From Haplodiscus bocki (lineage: Eukaryota), in assembly GCA_965655095.1 (NCBI GenBank), contig OZ296656.1, positions 71,796,001 to 71,860,000 of the forward strand: a stretch of DNA of 64,000 bases. The letters are read 5' to 3'. The position numbers and the translations under genes are program-made. The notes under the pieces are model-generated. The model saw only the letters and a program-made list of their open reading frames with translations. It was not told the origin of the DNA and searched no databases. Of this stretch, positions 39,001-53,315 are shown piece by piece. Position 1 is the stretch's first letter; every line of letters begins with the position of its first letter.

Positions 39001-42000
39001 CTTTTAGTCGAACTCTGTTTTTTTCACATTTCTTCGTGATTTTATTCCTTCGATGTCTCAATCGACTGCCTTGTACGTATAAAACTTTCATTGTGTTAGA
39101 GTTTTGGGGTATTTTCCTTTTGTCAGACTCCTGCTACTCTAACATCTCCACAACTGCAACACTTAAACTTTCGTTGAGTTGTTAAAGCTCCCCTTTGGGC
39201 CACAGTTATGAGCTGGACGTCTTCCAAAGTGTATCAATCGCTATTTTCTTAACTGAAGGTGGTTAATCGAGAAAAAAGTCATCAAGGTCAATATCAACAG
39301 TTTTGTACTCGTGGAAATAGTTTTGATCTACCTTTTAACAATTTCGCTGCTAGCGTAGGAGTTTTGATAGATCAAAAGTACCAAATATTCAAATTGTTTT
39401 CAAATTTCTTTATGTCTGAACTTATGTCAGTCGAAAACTACTGATTATTTTTTTTCAATCATTGTTTCTAGTTAAAGTTGTTTGTAAAAGTTATCCAGTT
39501 GACTAGTTCCATGCTTCGTCCCTCGAATAAGATTTTTGAATATCTGGAATTCGTTTTTTTTCTCCTGGTGTTTCATCAAAATTAAAGGGTTTTTACTGTG
39601 GAAAATGTCACTTTGATCAAGTCTTTCTGTGCCGCTTTGCTGCTCCATGCTCCTGTGCTTTTTGTTGTTTTGCTTAGCCCAAAATGGACTTGCACGGCTT
39701 TGCTGCATTTCTGTTCTCCGAAATTGGTTCAAGAGTTAATTTTTTGGCTTTCTTTCCCCGGTAGATGGGTGCAAAACACATTTATTTTGGACATTTTGAA
39801 TCAATGCTCCAAAATTCTCCGCAATGGATTCCTTCAACAGAAATTTTTGTCGCTGTTTGACATCAATAACACATAAATTGTTTATCGAGTTAAATGTTGA
39901 TTGGAATGTTTGTCGTTCCGAGAACGTAATAGTGGTCGTCTGTTTGACCGTTGCAAAATCCTTTGTCCACGGGAGACCGCCTTTCCAAGAAAATACCGTC
40001 TCAGAGAGGAAGCCAACGCCATGTTTGGGTGTTTTCTCGAATGAGGAGCAGATTTTTTTGGCCAAATTTCCTCAAATAATCAGAAAAAAGTTCAAAGAAT
40101 ATTCCTGTTGCATTTTTGTGAGGTTAATAGATTTCTTGTTGGTCTCATCCTCGTCCTAATCCTGACTATTTATTACCAACTGACACCGGCGTTTTTGAGA
40201 CATGTTTTGGCTTCCATTTTAAAGTTGCAGGCAACAGATGTTCTGGAACTGACTTGACTCTGAGAAGTATCTTTGAAAATGCTATTAATGTGAGGTTGAT
40301 CTTTTGGGCAAAATCACACTCGTAGTCCTCCCTCTTTTTTGAATAGTTGATAGAAAAATTAGTTGTTCCTATTGCGAGAGCTCTTCAGAGTAACTTGGAC
40401 TTGTGGGTTTGAACTTCGTTTCTCTAAATATCACAATTATGATCATTTTTAGTAGCTCACTTTGACGTGGGTAAAATCATCACAGAAGGTCTTACTCAGA
40501 CCTGCTAACAGAATTGTGAACTTGACGAGAAAAAAAATCCATGGATGAGTTCTTTTTATAATGGAATAACTTTGTATTTTAATCTTTTCGGGGTGGGTCC
40601 TTTCACCCTAGGTACAAAAATTTTAACAGTGGGTTTTGCAGCTGTGATGTTCTTTATTATGCGTTATGATATTATGAAAAAGGGTATTTTTCAGAGGCAC
40701 AAAAATTAAACAATTGAACTTTTTGCACGAAAGACAAGAAGAATAATTACTAGACGTAGAGCATAAAATAAAAACTCAAACAAGCTGTGACAACACCAAA
40801 ATCTTTTTTACAAATTTCAATGCTCCGAGCTAATACTTTCCAGTCAATATGGCTCTCCGGGAAACGAAAAGCTATTCTGACAGCAAAAACGTTTTTTAAA
40901 GTCAACAGTCCTTCAACTTTTCAAGTTTTGGTCAGTCGTTTTGCTGCAATTATTCAATCTTTGTATAATTGAGTACCGGTAGTCAATCGAGGAATCCATG
41001 TAGGCCGACAATTAATGAAACTGGGCTGGGAAAGATCGAAAAGAATTCTCATAGAGCGCAATGCTGATGGTATTTTGAGCCATGCGTTGTCCCCTAGACC
41101 ATCAAGTTTGGCTCCGGAAAGAACGACAAAGATACATTTCGTCGACTGCGACTTTCAGAATCGCTCAAACTTGGAGAAGACTCTTTATTGCGAGCCACTG
41201 TTGGTACCATTGAAAATCAATCCTTTCTTGTGGAAGTGGTTGCTCAATTGGTACTAAAAACGCACAAACAAATCTACAAATCTGAGTGTGGAGAGTCCAA
41301 GTCACTAAAAGGCTTCTGGGACTCAGAATGTTAGCTTCGTCTCTGCTTCAACAACTAATTTTTCCGGGAGATGGAGGCTGTACATAGGACGAAGATGTTG
41401 GTATGGGCGAGGAAATGAAGGTGGTTGCAAAAACGGTAACGCTTGATGGTACTTGGTTGACAATTAGCCACCATCATCAGTGGGAAAAGTGAAAAAAATC
41501 AGACCAGGCAGTCTTTAAAACGGAATTACAATACTAATCTTTTGAACACGCTCACTAACTTGGAAAAACGGAGTGGACAAAACCGTTTTCTGCCATCAAT
41601 TGCATTTTACAGACATCGGACGGTCCCCCGAAGCCAATTGGAAAATGGACAGGACAAGAAATCTTCACTACTCCTCATAGAAGTGAGTTTTGAAAAACGC
41701 TTAGCTAACAGGAAAATGCGCCTAAATATTTTATAGGAGTTTCGACTAAGCTGACCAAAGAGATGAAATGATGAATAACATTGGGACTGAAATTTACTTC
41801 ACCCAGACAGTGAACGACGATAAGGCGCGTGTTGAAAATTGTGTGGCGGTAGCCTGACTGACTGATTGTAGTCAAAAAAGGCTATTTTGTGAGTGGCGGA
41901 CTCCAACGTAAAGTCATTTTTTTTCAAAAACTGTTAATTCGAGTCAGTTGAGGTTTGGTATATACTTTTGATAGTTCGAAAGAAAAAGTTTCCACCAAGA

Positions 42001-44205
42001 AACATTCCTGAGAAATGGAGAACTCAAACATAAAGTTAATTTTCTCTTTTCCATTGATCTAAATAAGCAAAACGATGAAGATCTTCCAGGAAGACCTCCC
42101 TGAAATAATTTGGGAGGTCTGTGCCACTAACGCATGGTCAATCAAGGTTTAGACTCTGTCCTCGGAGAATGGAATTTTCCAGTCATTGGGGTGAAATCAG
42201 TCAAGTTTCAGAGAATCCAGAGTCACGTGGGCTACCAAACATGTTAAACCTTTAGTAAACTACATGAGCAGAAAACTAGGGTCTCAGCAATTACTATGGG
42301 AACAATAGGGTGGGTCCCAGTGGGTGTCGAGCGTGATATTTGTTCTAAAGTTCATAGTAGTAAATGAAACTTACGCTCACAAAAGGAAACTTTTCACAAA
42401 ATACATTCCCGAGGTAAATTTTTGACGTGCTTTGAGTTCGAATTTTTGAACTCGTCTTCAATTACCCTGAAAAAGCAGTTTTAGCAAAAGCAAGGCCACA
42501 TTAAGTCAAGTCATTCTTGAATTCTATCGTAAGACAAACCTTGAACTCAGTGGTTTGTTTCATCTGTTTTTCTTTTTGAATGTATGTCGTACTATTTAAC
42601 GAAATCAAAATCGTCATATCAGTTGTCTGTTTCATCATAGACTTTATACTACCGAAACAATCTGCTGTTTCGTTTAAATGCTCCTAACCGGGCGCCCAAC
42701 ATAGTAGAAAAAGTGTGTTTTCAACGTGGCGATGGAGGCGGCAAGTTCGGGTTTGAATCCACGCAAAGGTAAACTTCTCTTGTTCGTTTTTAATTCGTTA
42801 AGAAATACCACAGCCGAGTGGACGGGACAATTTGTTTGCTAAGTGCTAGTTACGGGTTAGAATTGCAGTTTTTAACTAAACATTTTAAACTTGGCTTCTT
42901 CCACGTTGTGGAAAGTCCTGTCTTTTCTAGTGAAAAAAATCAACTGATGTTTCTTTCATTTTAGTAAAAAACATTGGAAAAAATGCTACCAAACAATGGA
43001 AATAGTTGCAGTCAAACTTTTCCCAATGTCACGCAGTCTGCTTGTGGCAGACATGTTAGCATCTTTTCTGATAATTTCATGCAATGTATTCCTGCAGAAG
43101 TCGGATTTTAAACATTTTACAATCCGAAGAACTTTTTCACAGTAAACCTTGAGCTTTGTTGGCCAAAATTCAAGTTTTCACTAGACTTTTTCTGTGCTTG
43201 TGAGTTATTTGTTTCTGTTTCCGGGAACTCTCCTTCTCTGGTGCTGACACATAACTGTTAAACCTTTCTGAGGTTTTTCAAAAAAACTATCGAATAAAAT
43301 TTTCACTGTCCGCTTAACTTCATTTTCCTGAAAAAATTAACTCCATAGAAAAAATAATGTCCAATTTGAAAAGCTTCAGTTTTTCCCTAAAGTCTCTTTC
43401 CGGTCAATATAGTTTGTTTCTTTTGGGAAGCCAAAAGTAACAATAGCAATTTAAAAACGTTTTGCGTGGAGCACGTCGTTTTGTGATCCTAAAAAACACA
43501 AAAGGCTGAAGAACATCTGCTGTAAAATTATTTAGATTTTTTTCTTAGGTGCATTTGTTCTAAACTACCAACGAAATGTTTTCCATTGAAACCTTAATCG
43601 ATACTAATATTATAGTATTTTGCGGATACACGACTAACTCTCGCTTTCGTTCGAGCCAGTCATGTATCCGACAATATACCCGCTCGCTCATTCGCTGCAC
43701 TCACTCACCGGCTCGTTCGCTTTGCTCAATCGCCTCTTGCTTGTATTATTGCTCAGCTCTATCGAGCTTCGCCTTTTTTCCAACACACGAAAGCGTGTTT
43801 ATAATTCCACATTTATGTGAACGTAAAATTGAGAAGCAACGTTAAAATGTACTTGCAGGTGTATTTTTACGTTTAAGCGAGACTGAGAAAATTATGTCGA
43901 CATAACAGAATATGTATCTTTATTCTAGTTTCTCTCTTTCTATTTTGTCTCCTATGGCTTAGTGGATATAGAATTGACTAAAATTAGGACTATGCTTGAT
44001 TGGTAGTCACAGTGTTTGGGGTTCACTGTTAGCCAACGTCCCCCAGTCTTTGTTATATCTTACATGCCGTAGGAGGATAATCACCAAATGCACAGTCCTT
44101 AAAAAGGATGATCCCTGCTGTGGAAACTCTTAGTGGAACGGACTCCCGATGGGCTTTGAGTTTACCATAGGTATGTCAATGCACATGCCTATGGATTTTG
44201 TTTTC

Positions 44206-44998
44206 ATTTCGTATAAGTTGAATTTGAATTTTTATTATATGGAATACGGTATTTTTGGCACTGTGCGACATTTTTTGGATTTTTTTTGATTTTTTGGGCA
44301 CCTGCGCCCGCCCGGGATAATTATTCCGCCGCCGGATAGCTTTTACGCCGCCGCGGGATAATTTTTCCGCCGCCGGATAATTTTCCCCCTAGTAGTATAG
44401 TGTGAGCAGAAGTGGGGGGGGGGGGGGGGAAGACGATGTCTACCGGCAATGTATTAAGGTAGTGTTTTTCATAGTGTATCAGGATATGGAATGGTCTGGC
44501 AATTTATTAGGACATGGAATAGGGTATTTTCGGTACTGTGCGACAACTTTCGGCACTATGCGACAATTTTCGGCAATGTGAGACTTTTTCGAGAGAAGAA
44601 TTTTGAGCTTTTTTCCAGTGCCACCGCGCAGATAATTTTTACGGCGCGGACTAATTATGACACCTGCGCGTATTCATACCGTCTGCAGCTACTGCTGTGA
44701 CTTGATTCTATGTGAAAAGATACTGTGGTAAAGTTTTGAGATAGGGTTTAGTTCTGTACTGTATCAAAATAAGGTATAGTTCTGTAACGTATTAGGATAG
44801 GGTATAGTTCGGTAATATGCTCAGATAGGGTTTAGTTTCGCAATGTATGAAGATAAGATATAGCTCGGTGACGCCTGGGGAACGGTAATTCACGGGAAAC
44901 TCTGAAACAAACGTAAAGTTTGTAGCAACTTCACTTTAGCAACGCAAAAGGAAAAATGACGAAAAATCTGTAGCATGTGTTGTCTATTACAGTAAACT
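44206..44998. repeat. Repeat block F upstream of the 5' LTR (copy F' at 59496-60554)
   Basis: Co-linear with 59496-60554 apart from a ~265-bp deletion. Contains ~21-bp ggataatttttccgccgcc repeats, a G-run and ~30-bp caatgtattaagatag repeats. Confidence 0.9.
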
Positions 44999-46779
44999 TG
45001 TCGCAGGCTGCCGCCTGTGACGGCATGGTCTACTCCGTTAATTACAATGGACAAAACGAGGACACACGGGGACATACTCTGCCCCTATTTGAAGATCAAA
45101 CTTATTAAACCCTCGTTAAAGAACTCGCTGGATAAAAATTCCCCCCCATTTTGAAGATATATATTTATATATTTATATGCTATTAAATATACTTATATGA
45201 TCCTACCTATATTTACGTTTTTTTGTGCAAAATCCATACAATTAGCAAAGAAGCTTGTATCATGAGAGAAAGGTTATGAACAAATGCTTATAGCGCTCAA
45301 TTCATTTGAACTCCTATACTTAAATTTGATTGGTCAAGGCAAGTATTCGTATCAAATCTTGACCAAACAACAGCGCGGCTGGAGTGTAGTCAAAATTGTT
45401 CACCAGGACCTATTTTTGATCACTTTGCTCAAAGCGAGTGGTCGCTTTTAAACAAAAGGCGAACTACGGCCAAATGAAATCAGAAGGGGCGAAGTATGAC
45501 CATATTCAAGTAAAAGACGTTGCTATGTACTTATATAAGCATATAATTATTTGATTATGTTATATTATATCACCTAGTGCTAAATATTATTAAATCCCGA
45601 GTGAAAATCATTACCTGGTCAAAAGACGGTCACAGTGTCCATGTTTGACCACTATATTTTAGCTCAAAGCTAACACCTGTGCATGAAATTCAATATCAAT
45701 ATCCTTGTCATATCTACTACATTATAACCATAAATGACCACCCATGATAGGAATTACGCATGCAAACATGATTTTATTAACTTTGAACATTTATCCAGAT
45801 TCCATAACCATATTTTTGTTAGTCATGATTTTTCGGTATTTTCCTTTGAAGCTTGTTTTGTTACTATCCTTAAATTGATGTCACGATGATGATATGTAAG
45901 ACTCGGGTTAAGCTCTTTGATGTGTTGATTAAAATTAGAATGACGATCATGACGTCAGTAGATAGAGCCACCCAATTGGTCGACGAATGTCAGGTCAAAC
46001 GAAGGAAAGGGTGATCCACTACTAACAAAACCAACACCAGAGAAAAAAATTGCCATCCTGAAAAACAGTTCATTGCAGCAATTATTCAAACTGATAGGGA
46101 TTAATCGTGGATTATTTAAATCCCCAGCAAGCATTGTTTTGTAAAATTATCATTGAGTTCTTACGTTGCTGTTAATTGTATAATCTCAGGAACAGTTCAG
46201 TTATTAAAACAAACATGGTTTCCACTCGCAAGAGAAAGCAGTCAAACAAAAGGCTCCTCAGCCAATTAAATGACTTTGATCAAGACATGATCATTGGCAA
46301 TGCCGCTAGTGAAAGACAAGAAAATACTGTAGTCAATGAAGGTACTAATGACCGGGATTTTACTGTTGGTACTTCTAATGATAGTTCGATCGTTAATGGA
46401 AATGCAATGAGTGTGAAAACTTTGGAAAGGTGTTTTAATGGAAGGATCGACAGAGAAATGAGCAATTTTGTTGATACGGTTGAAGATAGGATACAGAATG
46501 CAATTTTGACCGCTATTGAAAATATAGTTGCTCCTAAAATTGAACTAGCAATCAGGTCAATAAATGCATCTTCTGGACGGTATGCGACCAGTGTGTCTGC
46601 AAATTCAGAACGTAGGGAACACGTTGGGATTAGTACCTCTTTTGAAAACGCATCTGGAAACAACGATACATTAGGTGTATTAAATGTAAATGATGAGACT
46701 CGACAAAACATTCCGGACGAGGTAAGTGAATTGTTGGTCTCAGAAACACGTTTTTACTGGCAACCACACACTCATCACA
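44999..46779 (+). repeat. 5' LTR (1781 bp) of the Gypsy element
   Basis: TGTCGCAG...CATCACA, immediately followed by a TGG-starting primer-binding site. Direct repeat of 60555-62337. Confidence 0.88.
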
Positions 46780-47927
46780 TGGTGACAGGACAAGCAGCCC
46801 AAACAAATCAATTCCCAGAGTTTATTACAGGACGTATTTTAACACCACGCAACCCACCATCACATCAACATCAGAACCTGTCAACACAAGTATCACAAGA
46901 CAACAATTTACCAGTGGTCGAACAAACTTCAAGAAATCAAAACTCAGACGCAAGCAATTCCATTAACCACCTAGTTGATGCAATTGCTGGAATTGCAGCC
47001 CAACAACCACCACCAGCAGCCACAATGCTCAAACCCGTATCCACAAATACACTAATTTTGGATGGCAAAAATGAGAAATTCGAACTCTATGAAGACCTAT
47101 TTCACACAATGCTCAAAATGCAACCGGAAATGACAGAAGCTATGAAAATTAACCATTTTCACGCCCATTTACGAAAAGAAGCACTTCAAACATTCAGAAA
47201 CATAAGTGCATTAAACAGGAAAACTCTCGATGACGTCCTAATTGTATTTCGACGCAAATATGTTAAACCAGAATCTCAAGCTACAGCTAAACACAAATGG
47301 CACAAACTCACATTCGATCTCAACACGAAATCACTTCCCGATTTCTTAGAAGAACTCAACGAATGTGCCGAAAGAACGTTCGGTGACAACGCCCAACACA
47401 TGATTGACAGTCTACTCTACGCGAAATTGCCACCTCATTTGAAACGATCACTCAACTTAGTCTATCTGGAAAATGGCACATACGACCAAATAGTCGCACA
47501 TCTCGAAAAAGAATCAGAACTGAGTGGTTTAGAAAACGATGGGGAGCTGACAATACCCACAATGCCAGCCGTACCCCCAAATGATAATCAACAAAACACT
47601 GAACAAACAAAAGTAATATGCCACTATTGTAAAAAGCCAGGCCACGTAATCTGAGAGTGCCGCAAAAGGATGAGAAAGGAACAAGAACAAAGAAATGATC
47701 CTCCAAATCAAAACATATAACCTTCGACATCCAAAAGATTTCCACCTTGTCTTCATTGTCAACGGACAAACCACCCTCCAGAAAACAGTTGGAGCGGTCC
47801 CAACGCAGCGAATAGACCCAAGCGGTTTAAACAAGAATATCACCCAGAAAATTGAAATGACGGGCAAGAACAACGAAACTTGACCCATTCAGGACCTTCA
47901 TCAATTCTTAAAAACTCTTCAAACTAA
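46215..47927 (+). pseudogene. gag: gag (starts inside the LTR; two CCHC knuckles; premature stops at 47652, 47718, 47853)
   Basis: Single frame 46215-47927. DGKNEKFELYEDLF..LRKEALQTF capsid-like region. CHYCKKPGHVI*EC and CLHCQRTNH knuckles. Confidence 0.85.
46780..46790 (+). promoter_or_regulatory. Primer-binding site TGGTGACAG(GA), tRNA-Leu-type by resemblance
   Basis: Abuts the LTR CA end, where identity with the downstream LTR copy stops. The tRNA assignment is inference. Confidence 0.7.
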
Positions 47928-50900
47928 AAAAGCCACGACTCCAATGGGCAGATTACACATCAGTGAGACAATACGTTATATCTGACCCACCCACCATAGT
48001 ATACCACTCTCATCAAACGTCGAACACAGGAATTCCATCAGTAGTCTGGCAGCAGCAAATGGAAAAAGCCTACATTCGAAGATATAATAATATGCACATA
48101 ATCCATAAAAACTTCCCAACATACGAATACGACTACACAGACAACTTTGACACTCAATTTAGACCCCTTCCAGAAGTCGTTGCATACGACGCATATTTCG
48201 TTGACTCTCAATATGGATTTGACCCCTATTGGGATGAAGAAATATACGACCAAGACAAATTGGAGTACAAGGATACTTACAACAAACCTAACAACCAAGT
48301 TGAAAGTGATGACTTAATTACGGATGCACACGTATCAGACGCACTACGATATGCATTGATAGATTTGTGGACAGTAAACCCACATTTACCTGATACTTCA
48401 ACATTACCAAACTTTCCGCCTAGACCACAAAATCAACAAAGGCAAACAGCAGTCATTGACGACCAAATTTTACCACAGCTCCAGGTAACACCAGACGGTT
48501 TCACGAGGTTTCTCCCGCTTTCAACAAATTTGCCATTAGAGAATAAGCGAAAAATGCTTTACTTTCCAATGGCTTTCGGGGAGTTAAATATTGACGGGCC
48601 CATAGATACGGGTGCTTTGTCAAGCGCCATTCCGGAAGCCGACTTACGCAAAATCGCAAAATCCGATTACTGGCTCCACACACAATTTTAAATGAAGGCC
48701 CACCACTTGAGTTCCAAATTAAGGTTGCCAATGGACAGTTAGAAGCACCTATTGCAACAGTAGAATTGCAATTCGAAGTCGGTGACGTTACATTCAGAGA
48801 AAAGTTCATAGTCATGACAAATCTCACAAGCCCTTTGATCGGTCTTTCATTCCTACAACGCAACAGTACCATACTCGATATGCGTCAAGGAGTCCTGAAC
48901 TTTCCCTTCTTTTCATCGAAATTGAAAAATGAAGACCGGACATACCCAAATGTCATTGAACCTATACTAGACCCAGTAGAAACCACACTACAGCCGGGAA
49001 AAAGAACCACAATTTGGGTAAAGTCACAGATCTATACAGATAACGAATCGACAGGAATAATTCAACCCTCGCCACTTCTAGAGAACGACGAAGACCTTCT
49101 CATCTGTCTAGCTCTTTCATCAATCCAAAATTACAAACATATGGTCCAAATTAGCATTTTTCTAGACCACCCTTACAACCTAAAGAAAGGAACGCACATT
49201 GCGAATTTCTCAATATTAACTTCTGAACAAACAAAACACATTCGACCAGTCAACCCTACCTCAGTGAGGCACCTTCTGAACAACAGTCATGACGACGCTA
49301 TTCATTACATAAACAGCCTTCTGAAGACATCGAAAACTGACGAAGTCAATGAGACCTACTGGTTCCCAACACCACAATATTCGGGCAATGAAAAGGAACA
49401 CACGCCCATTCAATCACGTATTCTCAATGAATTACGGGAACTAGAAAAATTAGAAAAATTAAATGCATTAGAAAATACCAGCTCTCGAAACCAATTTCTA
49501 TCCAATTTCGATTGGACAAGTTCTACTTTACAACCGGAAGCCAAACAAGCCGTTGAAAATCTACTTGTGGATTTTCACGACATTTTTGCGCGGCACCGAT
49601 TTGACATCGGAATCAATACAGACTTCAAAGTACAACTCACACCGTTAGACAACAGGCCTGCTTATAGTCAAAGCTTTCATGCGCCGATCAACCTCAAGGA
49701 CAACACCCTCCTGGAACTAGCCCTATTACACAAGTATGGAATCATAACAACACTACCCTTCAGCAAATATGCTAGTCCAATTTTCGCACAAAGGAAACCA
49801 AATGGAAAGCAACGCCTTTTGGTTGACCTCCGCAAAATTAATACACTTATTGCAGATGATTACATCAACAACAATCATCCGGTCAGCACACTAACGGATG
49901 CAGCACAGCATATGGCTGGGAAAAACTTGTTCTGCAAACTCGATTATTCCCAGGCATATCACTGCCTTCAGATGGCTGACCAGCAATCAATCGAACTCCT
50001 TGCATTCAACTTTGCAAGTAGAACATTCGCGTACCGAAGATTGGCACAAGGACTTAGCCGTTCCCTATCGGCATTCTCGAGCTTCATACTTCAATACCTC
50101 GATCCAGTCATCAAAGCCGACCAGTGCGCACAATACGTCGACGATATTGGCATAGCCGCCAATACCCCGGAACAATTGATCAAAAATCTACAAGCAGTTT
50201 TCCAGTGTCTACGGAAAGCTGGTCTCAAACTCAGCATGGCCAAATGCCATTTTGGAGTACAAGAAGTAGATTTTCTTTGGACGAACAATAACAACCAATG
50301 GGGTTGCCCCTCAAAAACAAGAGATTGCCAAATTCCTCGAAAAAGTCAAATTTCCACGATCCAAAAAAGCACTTCAACGATATATTGGCTTTTTGAATTA
50401 TTACGGAAATTACATACCCAGACTGGCAGAACGACTCACACCGTTCTTCCAACTACTCAAAACAACTGACGCCAAAACCAAAATTCCGATTGCCCCTGAT
50501 ATCATGAAAGACTTCAGGGAAATAAACGAAGCTCTAGACCGATGTTGCCAGCTGGCATTACGTCAACCATTACCTGGTAAACAACTGGTCTTCATGACTG
50601 ATGCAAGCTTTCAGGCAGCTGGTTATGCAGTCTTAATAGAAGATGATCCCAACCAGAAGTACACCTCAACACGCAAAACTTACGCTCCCATAGCTTATGG
50701 CTCAAAAACATTCTCACCATCCCAAATTAAAATGTCTATTTACGCAAAAGAAGTTTTAGCCATTTAGATGGCATTCAAAGACTTTGGACATAAATTTTGG
50801 GGAGCCACCAAACCAGTGATTATCATGACAGATAGCAAATCGGTCACCAGATTCTTCCAAACAAAAATGATTCCTCCACCTCTACGGAAGCCCTGTGATT

Positions 50901-53113
50901 TTGCACTACAATTTAATTTTACTATTGCACACAATCCAGGAAAAATGAACACTGCAGCAGATTTCTTATCTCGATTAGAAATGGACCCTTATGAAAAAAA
51001 TAATCTTAAAAATTACAGAAGACTATCCAACACAACCGATTAAAGTGAACATCGAATCCACAGGCATTGCACAAGAAGAAACGGTCTTTTTCGATCCTAC
51101 AGACCAACAAGAAACCACAGAAAAAGACCTCTGGAAGCGTGAAGACGAAGCCCGAAACGCCATACCTAACGATCCACCAGTCATCACAGTGTCGTGTTAC
51201 TACGCAAATGACCTACACAAAGACACATCAATTGTGAATATAGCACAATTGACGAAACCATCACGTATACTCATCGAACAAGATTCAGATCTAACACTAC
51301 TCAATTTCAAACGCGAAATGTTGGGATTACCAATTGACGAACAAATTTTATTAAAAGATGCATGTTACTTGCATTATTCTAGAAACAAAAAGCGTATTAT
51401 CATCAAAGATGACATCCTCTATCGACAGTACTATAACGACATTGGTGAAATCAGTCACTTGCAGGTCCTTTTGCCCGGACAATTACTCAAAGTGTTATTA
51501 CAATCATTACATGGAACAGCTGGCAAACACCCAGGCATTTCAAAAATGATGCAAGAAATCCGTCAAAAGTAATACTTTCCTTCAATTGCAACTTACGTTA
51601 GAAACTGGATTCGTGACTGCGAAATATGCATTCAAGATAAACACATAAACCACACACGAATCACTCCGGATTGAATCTACATCCCGAAATGGGATCTTGG
51701 ACCGGAAGACCTCATGCAAATCGACTTATTGCCAGAATTACCGCCAAGTGGGGGTTATGAGAATATCAGAACGGCAATTGGTGTATTTTCGAGATACGCA
51801 TTTGCCTACCCAGTTTCCAACCCCACGACAGTTAACACAGCGAGAGTCATAATAGACATCATGACAGGACACGCCTACTTGCCTACACTCATTATAACAG
51901 ACAAAGGAAGCGTTTTCGTCTCCCAAGTTATACACGAGGTAGCCGAAATATTGGGCATAAATTTAAAACATGCCACAACAAAACATGCACAAACTATTGA
52001 GGTCCTAGAACGGGCCCACGCCACAATCAAGACTTCCTTGAAAATGGCATCAGGCGAAGACAGGAAACAATGGCACAAATATTTACACATTGCAATCCTG
52101 AATTACAACACGACATACCATTCCAGTATCGATTGTGAACCAAGCCGAGTATTCCATGGCCCAGTCCCACACAACATCTTAGATCACAAACTTAGCTTAC
52201 GTTTTAATCCTAATATCGCACCAACTACAGATTTTGCAGAAGAATTACTCCGCAGAACCAAAATCTTATATGACAAAACCAAGAAAAACGTCATGCAGTC
52301 ATATATCAAATACAAGAAGTATTACGACAAAAAAGCAAAAGCTTCACCTTCAAAAGAAAAAGATTACTGCTTCATACTTCAGCCAAAAGCGGACCACCAA
52401 GGGTCAAAAATACCGTTCCGTGACTTTCGTTGGATTGGACCCTATTTATTGGAAAAAGTTTTTTTGAACAATAAATACAGTGTGCGGAAACTTAATACAA
52501 ACAAAACTCAAATCCTACACAGAATCCGCCTCCGAAAATACAACCCTGAAAAACCTCCTCAAGACAAGTATCAGGAAATTCAATGGCAGGTTGACGATAA
52601 TATCGTTGTCCCACAAGATGATCTATATACAATTGCATGGGAAGCGGAATTTGGTGGACACCTATTTGATGTTCCTATCATATATACCGACCCTAATGCA
52701 ATTGATTTTGATGATAGTCATACACAGGGACCAGATACTGTTATTGTCCCACGTTCCTATTTTCATGATTCAAACAACGGTCAAAACAGGGAAACATGCC
52801 CCATTTCTGACCCATCTGTACCACAAACTCCAAAGCCTAAATTGAATGGTCAAAGTCAGGACATTGAAACCACTAGCAACCTAACTCAAAATGATAATGC
52901 CGAACACATAAATGAGTCAATCATCGATGCTGAAGTTACATGTAAACCTGTCACACAGCCACCATCAACGCACAGTTACACTTCTTTAACGCTTGACAGC
53001 AACAACCCTACAGCTGAAAATATTCCCAAAAGGAATCTAATCACTCTAGAGGAGGCAAATACAACCTACGCCGCAATCACAATCCTCATTACTCAGAAAT
53101 ATACAGATATTGA
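47918..53113 (+). pseudogene. pol: pol in the -1 frame: spacer, aspartic protease, dUTPase-like segment, RT, RNase H, integrase; several frameshifts and stops
   Basis: IDTGA, YASPIF..RLLVDLRKIN, KLDYSQAYH, QYVDD, TDAS, H..H..CEIC, QIDL/TDKGS/ERAH. Ends GGKYNLR..YRY*. T TCA AAC before the gag stop resembles a mutated T TTA AAC slippery site. Confidence 0.93.
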
Positions 53114-53315
53114 TGTGTGTAAAACTTTATTCTAGCCCCCTTTGTGTGGCATTTCTATTCTTTAATTCTATCTTTTGCACACACATCATTTAAAGCTTTT
53201 CTTTTTCTTTTTGGGGTATACACAAATTACCAATGACATCAAAAAAGCGGAAGTTACTCAACAAAGCAACAGAAGACTAATTAATAAAGCATAGTACAAC
53301 AACTTTAATTAAAAC

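Noticed and set aside
31100-43550. Possible decayed Polinton/Maverick or other giant element
   Set aside because: Only short ORFs (up to ~115 aa). I could not recognise polB, integrase, ATPase, protease or capsid motifs. Needs a translated HMM search.
44206-46779. Treating the whole 2.6/2.8-kb direct repeat as the LTR, with the G-run at 44410/59700 as PPT
   Set aside because: No TG start or TSD at 44206. The G-run precedes both copies. TGTCGCAG at 44999/60555 is supported by the solo LTR, the 59144 copy and the near-TSD.
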